From positions 34,968,001-35,032,000 of the forward strand of contig OZ320322.1 in the NCBI GenBank assembly GCA_976226885.1: DNA of 64,000 nucleotides. The letters run 5' to 3'. Every line of letters starts with the position of its first letter. The first letter of the stretch is position 1. The stretch is from Iphione sp. A-MEVVRFRX5. Lineage: Eukaryota. The notes under the pieces were generated by a model. That model was given only the letters and a program-made list of their open reading frames with translations, was not told where the DNA came from and made no database searches. Positions 12,046-25,101 of the stretch are shown here, one piece after another. The translations under genes were made by a program, and so were the position numbers.

Positions 12046-13327
12046 TTTCTGTTGGGGATTTCAGTGTGTTAGTTTGTGATTATGTTAGCACCGGTTTTGG
12101 CGTTGTATGTTTATGCATTGCTAATGGTAGACATTTAAGAATGTTTATATTTGTGCATCTGTTGTTGAATATATGTCTATGAGTGCACCACGACATCAAT
12201 GTAGACACGTTTCTCCTGACTGGACTCAACGGAACTCGGTATGATCAGCTCAGACTTCTGTTCGACTCCTTTAGCACAGCTCCAGAATGTCCCTTGCTCT
12301 GCAGATTGTAACCGGTAGTAAACATACGATTCTTTGTAAAGCCGCGAGACCTAACTATGTGTCATTTTATTTCGCGCACTCTTGTTATGACAACATCTAG
12401 ATTGTGTTGACAAACGTCTAAGATGTGCCACCATGCAAGCATCACATAAACTAAATGTAATTAGTATTGTGGTGGGGGACGTGACTATATCTTATCCCTT
12501 CAGAAATTTTTTAAAATGTAATAAGTATGACACCTTCATCTTGTTCTACTTCGAACCTTAAGCTCTCACTTTTTTATATATGTAAGTATTGTTTTCAATT
12601 GTTTTCAAAATAGAACTGCATTTACTTGGATGTTTGTCGTTACAATGTACAACAGAAGCAATTAATACGAATAAAGGGATTATTGTGATAGTAAATTCAG
12701 TCAATATCCCTCTTTTTTCTATGATCCACCTTTGACCACATACATATATCGGCAAGAAATAAACCTCACTGGATTGGATGATGCAGTGAAGTATAGGTAA
12801 GATGGGAAAGTAGTTATGCCTAACAATGGACAAATAGGCAGGTTTAGGGTACAGCGAGCATGGTAGTGTAAGAAGGTGTGAGATAAGGTGTAGGTTGAGC
12901 CAATATGGTGTTCTCGGGTCGTGTGCTACAGTGAGGTAGAATGGACTGGTATGCTGGTGTAGGATAGTTGAAGGGATAGAGTAGACTGAAGTTGACTGAT
13001 CAATACTCCATACTCCCAAGTCTCAAAGGTGTGTCTTTATCTGTCCTGTAGGTCAAAGATTCCCTCTGCTCCTGCTTTCCACTGCCTTGCTTCCATCTTA
13101 CGATGGTTTACCCCATATCGCTTTATCAAGTGTCAAACATCCCTTCCTACTCACGAGGATCCCTAATCCATGTCTCATGAACCACAGCTATCTGTATCAA
13201 AGGTTCAAGTCCAACTTTGAATCAAAGTTCCCTCCTCTGATGTCACCAATGCTTGTCCCAATAATTAGACCTTTGTGTTGGTATATACCCACAAGGCAAG
13301 TATTCCATTTCTAAGGCTTGATATCTA

Positions 13328-13955
13328 TATATGTGTGTTTGTATGTAGCAGTTTTCACTGTGAAAACTTAACGCTGTGTTCACTGGGAAACAGTGAGAGT
13401 GTTTCATGCTGTTTCGGTTTCCACAACCATAAACGTGTCAAATATATGCAGATTTGACTGAAACATGGCAAAACTGATGCAAATTTGGCAAAAATGGGTG
13501 AAACTGATGCAAATATGGCTGGAAAAGCAAATTTGGCCCCCAAATGGCCAACTGTTGCAGATTTGGGATGTTTTCAGCATGTATAATGCTCATCATCAGG
13601 AGTGTCTCTATGTGTGCATGTACCATGTACCATGTCCAAACCATATATTTCCATACATTTCCACCAGGTGTTCATTAGTTTTGCCGTTTTTCGTCCTTTT
13701 GGACCATTTCTTTGCCTAATTTACATCGGTTTTGCCATTCTTCAGCCAAATATGCATCGGTTTTGCTATTTTCTGACCAAATTTACATCATTTTTCCTGT
13801 TTTTCACTATTTTTTGATAAAAAATTAATATGCATCATCTTTGTCACTTTCATGAGCAATTAAACACAAACACCATCATACACTCTGGCCATACTTCCCA
13901 GTGAACACACCATCAACTTTCATGGTGAAAACATGCTACATACGAACATGCCTAC
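13328..13955. mobile_element. MITE with long imperfect TIRs and inverted subterminal repeats
   Basis: Left GTATGTAGCAGTTTTCACTGTGAAAACTTAACGCTGTGTTCACTGGGAA pairs with right TTCCCAGTGAACACACCATCAACTTTCATGGTGAAAACATGCTACATAC; AAAACTGATGCA repeats on the left are mirrored by ATGCATCGGTTTTG on the right. Confidence 0.75.
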
Positions 13956-16089
13956 ATGGATTTTAAGCTTTATGTGAACATCAAGGATATAATCCTAGCC
14001 ATAGACATTGAAAAGAATGCTACCTGCTGCATATTCAAGGTTGCCTACTTGCAAGAATTAAAGCATTGTTTCTCCTACCTGCGTGCCAAACATTTACCCG
14101 CACCCTGGATTCAAATTTGTTGAATCCACTCGCGTTACCCCCACCCTACCACCACCTGGTCAGGGCTATCCCCTAACACTGTGCACCATCTCCCACTTAT
14201 CGTGTTGAGGAGTTGCTTGTGTTTTTGTGATTTTCTTTATACGGCCCTGTTGGCGACCTTTGCATGTCTGCTGGTGGCACGGCGTTCTCCTTCCCTCGTC
14301 GTATACACAATTGGCTGTCTCTCTTACCTGCACCCATAGTTAGATAGTGCGTAAGAATGTGGCATCTGAGGGGGTGAACAATGAAAACTGTCTCCAGCTA
14401 CTACACAAGCAGATGAGCCTATACACGGACACCCTTACAGTTACAGGAAACTAAACCATCACCAGTTATATTTATCCTCACTCACTACACACACTCAAAG
14501 ACACAACACAAGATATATTCTGCCTTTTCTATGCCTGTGAACAAATAGTATATACCTAGATGTATGGAATGTCGATTTTTAGCCTATCAACCTTGATACA
14601 TGTACTCAATAATATTTTATACTGTAAAATTACAAACAATTTGAAAGTAATACTTTGATCTGATACTAATTACTTAATGGTTCTGTCTTCATGTATGTGT
14701 CTCCGCGTGTACAAAAAGTCTGAGCACCTTAAGTTTTGATTACTTCCACCAAAATGCAAAAATAAATGACATGAATGAGATGAATGAAATAACAAGATTC
14801 TATATTAATTATAAATGAAAAGAAAGTTTTCAATGATGATAGCTGAATAGTAATTAGTATTTGATGTCCAGTTACACCCAACCCCTCCCTATTACACCAG
14901 CTACTCTTCGTTATCCGGCGCCGGTTACACTTAAATCACCCCTTGGGCGTCGTTCAGGTGGTGTGATTAGTATTTCGTAAATCATAAGCCGTTTCCTAAC
15001 AACATGTAATTGCTCCAGTGAACCCTGCGAAACTCCGCAGCTAACAGCTAATCTGAGATCAACTTTACCAACTTTGATTGTACTAATACACATGTACATT
15101 GCATATGTATTATAATAGTAAACACATCCACTGATATATGGATTTAGAACTTCTACCATACATGTCGGCATTCTCACAAATTTATTTATTCAGTGAAGTG
15201 CACGAGTGTTTGCCTCCACTGGCGTTGTTCTTTTCATTGACGAATAAAACCGTACTGCCATCTTGTGGCAGTTGTAGGCACCAATTGTTGTACATGTGTT
15301 AGGTGGGAATTTATATAAGCTACTTACCTGATGAAATCAAACATACAGTGGGTGCTCTGTTAAAAAGATCACTTTTGCATCCTGTACTACACAAAGCAGC
15401 AGCCAAACTCCCCACTAGGGTCACGCCACTTCTCTTTTTTTTTGCGGGGGGGGGGGAGGCGCTTGCCTGTTATTTATTCAGTTATGAAAATACAATCATA
15501 AGATAATGATATGCCAGTTTTTTTGGTATTTTAACATAAAAAATGAAAAAATAAAAACACATCAAGATGAAGATTATAGGGGCAAGATATTACATCCTGG
15601 ATTGACTAGTCTAAAAAGAGTTCCCTTATCTATAGAAACAGGGTTAACATTTGCATCTGGATAGAGGATGTTATAGGCTGTAAACTTTATGGTCAAGGAT
15701 GAATCAAGAGATAACAGGCTAAATTATCTACATGAGGGAAGATTCAAAAAGGTATATGGCCATCTGTAGAAGAACATATAAAGCCCAGGATGATGGTGAC
15801 TCAACATATAGAGAAATTATGTCTAGGAAGAACTAACGGTAAGCCTAGGGGCAAAGTCTCCTTATAAAGCATGATAGTAAGAGAAAGAGAGCAGTCTGAG
15901 TATGGAGAAAAAAGAATCTGGAATATTTGTACATATGCATTGATTTGTTGCATGTCTGATCTGATACACTTCCAGATAAGGGCACCAGCATTGAACTTAG
16001 TATTAGATCATGTCTAAGATGTGTCGAGTATGGATAGCTAAATGGACTACAAGAGAACCTGGAGTAGCATAGGTTATAAGTCTTAATTG

Positions 16090-16710
16090 AGAAAATTTAT
16101 CGAGAACCACTGGGGTGACCTCAAGAAGGTAAAAGACACTAGGTTTCTCCATCAATCAAAAATGATTTTTTGTAAGAGGCGCAACAAAAACCTTTCTGAC
16201 CACCTGGTAAGAGGTCGTCTACTAGGCAGAAATGGCAATGAAGCAACCCCCAACTGACACCGTTCAGCTCTAGACAATACACGGAAGCCATGACTCTCCT
16301 GCAATGACTGTCCCAAACTTAGAAAAGTGGTACAGCCTTATACAAGAGCACTGGACAAAATATGTGTATATGCTCCAACATAACATTGCAAAATTGTAGC
16401 AGCAACAATCTATTTTATCTAATCGCATGTACTAACTGCAACACTCACTACATTGGACAAACTCAATAAACCATAAAACTGCATCTCAATAATTACAAAT
16501 ATGGCATCACCCATAACACAGCCATTACAGTTGCCAACAACATGGATAATTGCCCGAATGGACATAGAGAAGGAGTCTCCGTCCCACTTCTGGAGTTTCT
16601 CTAGACCCCTCCCCCTATGGAACACCATAGGTCAAGGGAAATAGGAGAGAACAGATGGATACACTGACTTAAAAAGCTATGCCCTTGGAAATATATCTTC
16701 TGGAATAAAC
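16090..16710 (+). pseudogene. Penelope-like retroelement remnant (linker plus GIY-YIG endonuclease)
   Basis: FIENHWGDL...KRRNKNLSDHLVRG...CNDCP, then CSSNNLFYLIACTNCNTHYIGQTQ*TIK...GENRWIH*LKKLCP: the Cys-rich GIY-YIG pattern of Neptune-type PLEs, with stops and a frameshift. Confidence 0.8.
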
Positions 16711-17619
16711 CAGGAATCTTCTGCCTTCATGTTGTTAAATATTACTAATTTAATGAATCATAGGAGTGATCAAAATTCCCTAGGTGTTGTCAGATATCAC
16801 TAAACATCTGCCTAGGTCCAACTGCTTGCTCTCCTCACCACACAATCCAAACTAATCTGGCTCTCAACCAGAGACAAAACCCTTACAACCCAACGCCAAA
16901 ACTACCATAGACCATACCTACGACACTACATCAATCAATTAATAAAATCTGGCACCTGATGAGACTCTTGAAGTCAAAACCACTATCCTCCTTATTCTCC
17001 AAAACCAATATTGTGTAATGAGACCTTAACAAAATAATATCTGCCCAAAATACTACTTATATTCAATACGGGAGCAACAACTCCAATGAAAGTTTATATA
17101 TTCAGACTAACCATGTCTCCCTGAAAGGGCAATGATGCCATTTGGGTGCCATTTGTCAAGAAAGATTTCCATTTAAGAAAGACACAGAGCGATAGCTCCA
17201 CTAGTGAAAACACTTGTTTATGGCATAAAAGGCGGTATAACTAAGGGGAGATGAGGGCCTAGGACTATTTTCCTAAAGTGGTCCTGCATTCACTTCTATT
17301 ATAGCCTTCTTTTTAAAGATCACTGTTGAGAATAAAAATTAAATGAACACTACTTTGTAGGGTCCTTTCTCAAAGCACAGATACTGACACGGCGGCAGGA
17401 GAATGAGGCGCTCTGAAGGGAGCGCGGTCTTCATGGAATAGTTTGATGTGTTGGTGTCAGTCTGACCAAGATGACAGGGACCCGGAGGCCATACAGTGTG
17501 CTGACCGGAGCCACGGTGACAGCTGGTGATCGATTAAAGTCACCAACGAAACCCTTCAGTGGTGCCACCTGTTGTCCCACTCCCGAGGCTGCCTGGAAGA
17601 ATGCACCGGCTCCTTGTCG

Positions 17620-17627
17620 TATATAAA
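17620..17627 (+). promoter_or_regulatory. TATA box of the insulin-like peptide gene
   Basis: TATATAAA about 100 bp before the strong donor AAG|GTAAG at 17725; E-boxes CAGCTG (17520) and CACCTG (17566) upstream. Confidence 0.65.
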
Positions 17628-17649
17628 GACTAGGGTTGGCAAAGGATGG

Positions 17650-17724
17650 CCAGCTTCTGCTCAGCGGCCTGTACAGGGAGAGACTCGCCATCCACAGGTA
17701 CCAGGAGTCTCACACACCACCAAG
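17650..17724 (+). other. Non-coding first exon (5' UTR) of the insulin-like peptide gene; start approximate
   Basis: Lies between the TATA box and CAAG|GTAAGA; next acceptor TTTAATAG|ATCATG at 19751 sits 3 nt before the ATG, the classic insulin-gene layout. Confidence 0.6.
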
Positions 17725-19754
17725 GTAAGATAAATACTAACTTGCAATGATAGGACTAGAATCTTAGTGAGGTGATAAACAGATAGCGGTCCATAGGGTA
17801 CAAGAATAAGGTATTGTATGTGGTCACTACACCAGGTTTGTATCGAAGGAGCCTGCACGGAGAGTTCAAAACCAAATTGGTATATCAACCAAGTACAATG
17901 CTTATTCTTGTGCCCTTTGATAGCAGCGTTTATATTGTATGCAGTTCATTTTTCATCAAAGAATTGTTTTGGATACTAACCATGCACATGGCATGTATTT
18001 TGACATGTCAATGACAGAAAGATGCAAGAAATTCTAATACAGTTCTATAGGTTCTTTCAAAAGATGAATAAAGGTTGTAACTGATCTATGGTATGGCTCA
18101 CTTGCTTGTGTACCATGATGCAATGATTTACCTTTACATTTGTACATGTTTGTACCTTTATATATGTAAATGTATTTTATACCCACATGTAAATGATTAG
18201 GGATGCTAGACGAAGGATATTTGCTCTTCTATCATTCTGCGTTTCCCTAAACACTATTCCTTAACATCTCCTTATACCCATATTCTCATAATATAGCTCC
18301 ATTTTATTGTCTACTCATGAACTCCTGTTAATATTTAGTTTCAAGCTTTCCCATCATACGATCGCCACATGCCACCATCATATCATTCTGCTTGGTCCCT
18401 TTTACACATCTTTCGATTAAATCCGTTGATATACATGTATTCCCCTTATGCTACCCATCAAGCAATGCATCTCTTTTTAACATAAGCTTCAGATGTTTCT
18501 ACTTGTATTTCTGTCGAAAGCTTCTTCTAAATCGTGCTCTAATCTTTCTTCACATTCCCTTCACTCGGCATGGGAAACCTACTCTTCATAACTCCTAATG
18601 GACAAATATCTCACTTTTCCAAGTCCCACCGGTGTGAGATTTTCTTCTCATGTGCTGGAAAAACTTTCCGGCAATGTTTTTAAAAGGGCTGGAATTACGT
18701 ACTCTTTTGTTGGTCATAGAACGCAATAATACCCCTTCCCTGGGTTTCCTGATCTTCTGGTTACCTGCCCTTCTCTTATAGATTGTCTACAGCCCGATAT
18801 CGTCTTCTTATTTTACAACATACCACTTCGAGGACCAGGCATTCAGTCGGTCTCCTGTCCCTGACCCTCCTGGCTGAGCCTTGGGGATTCAAACAGTAAC
18901 TTGTTCCTATTCTGACCATTATCTTTTATACAGTTTCCTATCACCATAACCCCCTTACTATCTAGTCTCATCCCTCATCTTTCCCTTGGCCGATTTTCAT
19001 CTCATGTATTCCATCCTATAACTGCATGGGGTGTGTGTATGTTGGGAGGGGGGGGGTGTTAAGAGATTCAGAGGTACAACTGTGAATGCACTATTGCTAG
19101 GACTGTGCTATCCCCTCTGAGCTGTGACTGAAGCAGGAATCACACTTAGGCTACCAATCCTGTGTCTGGCAGAGTGGTTGCAGTCTTAATTTGACTCAAC
19201 CCAAAGATATATATAATTCTACAGTACTTGGTGCTTATGTCTTCTTACATTAGATAAGTGAGGTGTGTGTAATGTACTGACATAATTATGTACATTTGTA
19301 TGAGGTGGAGGTGCTTTGACGATTAGTACTGAACCAACTGTTGACTCTCCCTGTGTAAGAGCTGGTTTTGAAAGACAGATCCATCACTGGTGTTTACCAC
19401 ACTCCACTACTTATTGTGTCAAATAAAAAATAAAATACTACACCAGAGATTTTGTGCTGAATTAACAAATGTTTATTGCCCATAGTATCAAACAAATTTG
19501 TTACATTTGAAGTAGATCACATTTATTGGCATTTATATAAGTAACTAAGGTTTCTCACTTGTTTGCATGTAATTTCTTGTCTATCTGTGGCAATGCTGAC
19601 TGTATTAATTAACCATATTATCCTTGTTGATTAATGGTATCACACGATTGCTTCTTTTTAAATTACACTATATTTTTAACCGTGAAATACTCAGTTTGTA
19701 CATAAGTTGGTTAATGAAAATGTTTGAAACATTTAAATCTCTATTTAATAGATC

Positions 19755-19974
19755 ATGGCACTGACTGTGCCACTGTCCCTGGCCCTCCTGGTCATCTGCT
19801 CATCCGCCATGCTGGTATGGGCTGGCCAGGACAAGGTTTGCCGCATTGATGACTATTTTGGAATAACTCAGGGCCAGTGCGGCAACCAACTTGATGAAGT
19901 GCTCTCAATTGTCTGTGACAACAGAGGCTTCTCTGAGAAGAGAAGTGCACCAGATGTGATACAGACAAGTGTTG
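19755..19974 (+). CDS. Insulin-like peptide (8-Cys MIP/octinsulin type), coding exon 1: signal peptide, B chain, start of C peptide
   Basis: MALTVPLSLALLVICSSAMLVWAG-QDKVCRIDDYFGITQGQCGNQLDEVLSIVCDNRGFSE-KR-SAPDVIQTSV; phase-1 donor G|GTGAGT at 19975. Confidence 0.93.
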
Positions 19975-20916
19975 GTGAGTCAGTCTTACTTTATCTGAAC
20001 TGAATAGTCTCTTACCTACTAATAGTTGTCTGAGTTGAATTCTATCTCATGGATTTTGCTCAACTCTCAACTTGCTTACCTTTTATGAACTCTTCTACTT
20101 ACAGAGGGCTGTAACTAGCTACGGTTTGAAGGATTCTGGGTGTGTGCAAACCATCCACTGAAGCATTTGATTCCACTTAAATACAAGAAAACCAAATTTT
20201 ATCATTATATTATGTAGCTCTGATGTGTCATAATACATATCTTTCCCAGTCAATAGCAAATTAAAAGTAATAACTTTCTATTACCGACACTCCTATAGCA
20301 GCTCTATAAACTGTTTAAAATCTAAACTACTGTCTGGGTTTATTTAGCTAAGATTTTATCAGAGCTATGCAGGTAAATAGTTTCATAATTATCAAGCACC
20401 TTGCGCCTCTCCCATCATTTTGTTGCATCGAGAACTAATAGTTCCTAAGTTGGACTGCTTAACAATATGACCCCAACTCTAATAGTCTACACTGCATTCA
20501 TGTAACCAGATATATTTTCACAACATACTCTTTAATCCCTACACTCTAAGATATACCCTCCGTTGCTTACATACATCGCCCCATTCTTCAGTATGCACTC
20601 TATGTTATCTGCTGCCAACTACCTTCTCACCTTATTATTTTTCACGATTTCTTCTCCCTTACTGGTTCTCTGCTACAAACTCTTGACCACCAACTCTATA
20701 GTTTTTCGAAAATTTCTTTCCCAGCCCTAGTCTGTAAGTTAGTTAGGGATACATTTTACAAAGAGTAAGGCTGCCATTGACTGATTTGATATACTCTAAC
20801 TAAGCTTGTCCACTGTATAGTGAATAGTTTTTCAAGGTCATATATCACAGAGAATACTTCAGAGGGTTGATTATTATCTCTATGACTAAGTGTGTGGTTA
20901 TGGCGTCATGTGATTA

Positions 20917-21256
20917 GGCCTTAAAAAAAGTTTTGTGTTTCCGGTAACAAGCCCAAAAAAGAGAGGGCTGGTCGGTAGGTACTATTTTTTTTATTTTTCT
21001 TTTTTTTCAATGATAATTCAGGATGAGAGGAATAAATATGTATGGTAAGATCACTTCTTCTACTTAGATTTTAATAAAACGTATGTCAAATGAAAGCTAA
21101 TAATCTAAGGAGTAATTTGGTGTATAGAACATGTCTCTATCATTATTCATTCTGAAGTTATTCAGAAAACAAGAAAAAAATAAAAAGTTGCAATTGGCTC
21201 TGATGTAGGGTCGGTCGGGTTACTGGAAACACAGACCTGTATTTTTTGTTAAGGCC
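20917..21256. mobile_element. Harbinger-type MITE copy 2, in insulin-like gene intron 2
   Basis: TTA-GGCCTTAAAAAAAG..GTTTCCGGTAAC ... GGTCGGGTTACTGGAAACAC..TTAAGGCC-TTA; clear TTA TSD; homologous to 6183-6510. Confidence 0.85.
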
Positions 21257-21728
21257 TTAGTGCAGTAGTTTAGTCAGGAATGCTGGGTGTTGGGATGAAG
21301 GACAAAACGGCATAAATGACTAAACGACTCAGCCATCACAAGTTAACATAGCTATATGCAGATCTGATATGGATATTATCACTAATTTTAGGTTTGCTTA
21401 AGAGGAAACTAGGAATGATCTAAATATTAAGTAATTCTAAGTCAAAACCTGAATCAACATGGATCTACCAATTTGTTTCACCCAGAATCCAACCTGAACA
21501 TTTATTTAACTGAATAATACAAATTATATATTTAAAGTGACCAGTATAAGGATTGAACACTGCAGTTAAGGCATGTCACTCGCCACCATTCCAGAAATAC
21601 AAGACCTCTCTCATACCTTCCAATTATTTTACATGAGGTAAATGTGGGCCTATCCTTAGTCTATTAGAATTCTTTAATTATTTAAATTGCTAATACTATC
21701 TTGTATCATCTCTCCCTCCTGTTCCTAG

Positions 21729-22009
21729 ACACAGCCCATCTAGAGGAGGTGCCTATAGGCCTACCCTTCGTCTCCAAGGCCACTGCCCTCTCCCTGCTGA
21801 ATAAGCGAGAGGATGTTGTGATTGGTGGTGTGGCATACCGGCGGGGCATAACATGTGAATGCTGCGTCCACAAGTGTGCATGGGGAGAGCTCGAACAGTA
21901 CTGCCTCACATCTAAGGAGAAGCGTAGTGCCTCAATCAGGGCCCTGAAAGAGTCAGGACATGCCTCTGCCTCTATTCTCAGGTTTGCCTCCAAGCCAGCT
22001 AATATCTGA
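21729..22009 (+). CDS. Insulin-like peptide, coding exon 2: C peptide, A chain and C-terminal extension (166-aa precursor in total)
   Basis: Polypyrimidine-CTAG acceptor, G|AC = Asp; ...FVSKATALSLLN-KR-EDVVIGGVAY-RR-GITCECCVHKCAWGELEQYC-LTSKE-KR-27 aa-stop; AATAAA at 22460. Confidence 0.95.
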
Positions 22010-24938
22010 GGAGCTTTTACTAGGCTCTGAACTTTGAAACTAAGCACTGACCTGTGACTTGGACCTAAACTTAGCCACGGAATTGTCTGGAATTTAGCCA
22101 AACCTTGGTCCTTGACTGAGACCTGGGCTCAGGAATAGCCTAGACCTAGGTCTAGAACTTCGACTGAAATTGCACCTAGCTAAGATCTTGGAACTAGTTT
22201 TGAGACTTGAACTAGAACTAGGAGCAGGTGTAGGACTGCAAAACAACCTGATTCTGAGTCTTGGCCCAGCCCGGGACTAACTATTGGACCTTTGGCCAGA
22301 TAATTATGTGAGATTAGATCAGTGCTTGAAACCACCTACCTCTCACCTCAACTACCCAATTAGCAGTGTGGCAGTCGTGCAGTGCCTTGATGTCACAGTC
22401 ACCACCATATCCCCCGATGCCAGGAGGCTGCTGGGGGACATCAGGAGGCAGACTAGACCAATAAAAGTATTTTTACAAGGTCACAATGTCTCTGACTTTC
22501 TAACAGCGATTCTGGTTCAGTCAGTTCTCTGCTGGCAACCACAAGTTTTGTCTGGAATAGAATACATCAATCTTGTAAATCTAGTTGTATTCAATACTAT
22601 ATTTTCTCATTAATTTTGATGATGCGATTTTTCTTTTTTTTTTTTTTTACGAAAGAACAATATCTAGTCTACTATGAGAGATTGTGTTCCCCAAATCATA
22701 TCGATCAGAACAGGTCAAGATTCTATATAACTCTACTCAATGTACAATTCCTACATTAAAACCAATAAAATGTCTACAGCGCCAAAACATTGATAAATAT
22801 AATCGTTAGATTGATGTGAAAAATAAAATGTATGAACACTCCTCTATCAAATCCGCCTAATGTACCGGGTACCTATTCCAGCGGTTGAACAGCATAACTT
22901 ATCATTGAATCTACTTACTTTTCTTTCTTGCCTGGAAAATTTGAATTTATGAAAACAATAGATTTTAACTAATCCCGAATCGTACTCGACAATATACCCT
23001 ACCCTATTAGATAACTGTTACATACCCTTTAGATTGGAATAAGCCAGCCCTAGACCCTACCTCCGGCTGAACGCTAAAGGAACGCAGAAGCCCTCTAATG
23101 GTCATTGATGGGAGTACTGATCAAAGGCTAAATACAAGATCTCAGCGCGATTCTACACTCTCATTTTCTACAATGCCTCTGTAATGACTTGCTACAACAT
23201 CCCGACAGTTTTACTTCTGAAATTACCAGACCACAACATGTAAACAATGCAGATGGCTGGGTCTTGGGAAGAAAAAAACAAGCCGCCATGGAAAGACGCC
23301 TAATGTACTAGCTGTGGCATGACATGTTTTCATGACTGTATTTTCTCAGGCAGTCTGGTGTGTCTTCATAGCCACGGATGTCATCTGAACAGTATTTTAT
23401 TGAGCATGTTTTCAGTAAATTCAGTGGGGAAAACAATAAAATCCACCCAAATTCAGCAAAATAACTACAAAACTCATGCAGATTAGGTCAAAAAATGGAA
23501 GAAAATGGTAAATTTCATGTAAAATAGACTAGAAAAAAGTAAAATGTTTGCAAATTGAGCTGAAAAATGGTAAAACTCACGATATTTTTATTGAAATATG
23601 GTGAAATCCATGTACATTTGGCAGAAAATGGTAAATTGCTGAACAGATGTAAAGAAAATTGAGGAAATATCCTTTTTTGCTTGAAACATAGCTAAAAGGA
23701 CATTTCAATCCCACTTTTTATATACTACTGTACAATACATGCATACATCACTGTCACAAATGGGAACCATTCCAATCTAAAAACACTGTGGCACACATAA
23801 AAATATGCGCTACACCATACAGAGTGAAAGGTACATGGACATGTATGTACGGAAACAGTCATGATATGATCTACAGTTCTCCAAAATACATACCACCATG
23901 ACCATGAAATTACATACAATTACATTAGGGGACCCTAATGTAAGGACACCCGAAGGTAATTGGAATCCTGACTAAACAAGTAGCATGTTATGGATCTTTT
24001 TTCTATTTTTCTATGTCCCTAGTGTTTTTTGTAAATATATGAACGATCAAATATGGAAGATGCCTTTTTATAACTTGCATGCCTGTGAATTTGGGAAATA
24101 GGTTGTTTTCTTTTAGATGTCAGCAATTAAGTTAAGAACGGGTCTTTTTCTCTATTAGAGTAGCTATGTGCATTGAGCAGTTTTGTGAGGGGAAATCCGC
24201 ACCACTGACACCCTACCTGTTTCCTGTCTCAATAATCGTCCAAAACTAAGGGATACACAGCATCTTTGACTAAAAAGCCTCATTATATGCCATTCAATGA
24301 ACTTTTTGAAAATTTACAGTCCAGTAGATAAGACCCTGCTCTTTCCTACACTGTTTGAACCAAGTTTCTATCTTAAAGATTTCCATTTTCTCTGTCTTAT
24401 TTATTTCCATTTTTGAAAATGCTATAAAGATCTAATTCTTCAGTGAAAATATTATTTGATAGAAAGCTACATACACCATAAGAAACCCTGATTCTTCAGC
24501 TTTAATTTGATATATAACATGTGTATATTGTGTCTGAATTATGTGAGGAAAATTTAATGAAATTAGCTACCCCCCTCTCCTCGGTTATCCTGTATTCATA
24601 TTCATTCTGCTTCATTTGTAAAGTAACCCTAATGTAGTTTGTGAAAATACTTTTTTAATGTTACTAGTGGGATTTATTATATCTAAAAATCTTTGTGTAT
24701 GAAGTTTCATAATTCAGGAAAATGTTTTGGGAAGTCTTTCATGGTACCGGTGCTATATTTTAGTCAATTGTTTGCCTTGTTGGAGAGAAGACTTCACCCA
24801 ATTTTTCTTTTACGGTACAAGCGCCTTTGTGCCCCCCCCCCCCCTCAGAGTCAGAGTGCGGGGGGGGGGGCGGGTGACGGTCCAAGCTCCACCACCTGAC
24901 TGATCGAGGGGGTGATGGTGACTGCTGGGTCAAAGTAC

Positions 24939-25101
24939 NNNNNNNNNNNNNNNNNNNNNNNNNNNNNNNNNNNNNNNNNNNNNNNNNNNNNNNNNNNNNN
25001 NNNNNNNNNNNNNNNNNNNNNNNNNNNNNNNNNNNNNNNNNNNNNNNNNNNNNNNNNNNNNNNNNNNNNNNNNNNNNNNNNNNNNNNNNNNNNNNNNNNN
25101 N
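24939..25101. other. Assembly gap (N run)
   Basis: Run of N bases. Confidence 1.

Noticed and set aside
12558-13320. 153-aa minus-strand ORF and adjacent purine-skewed tract
   Set aside because: Looks like an old LINE-type relic, but no diagnostic motif could be read; not assigned.
21706-22101. 131-aa minus-strand ORF
   Set aside because: Antisense shadow of the insulin-like exon.
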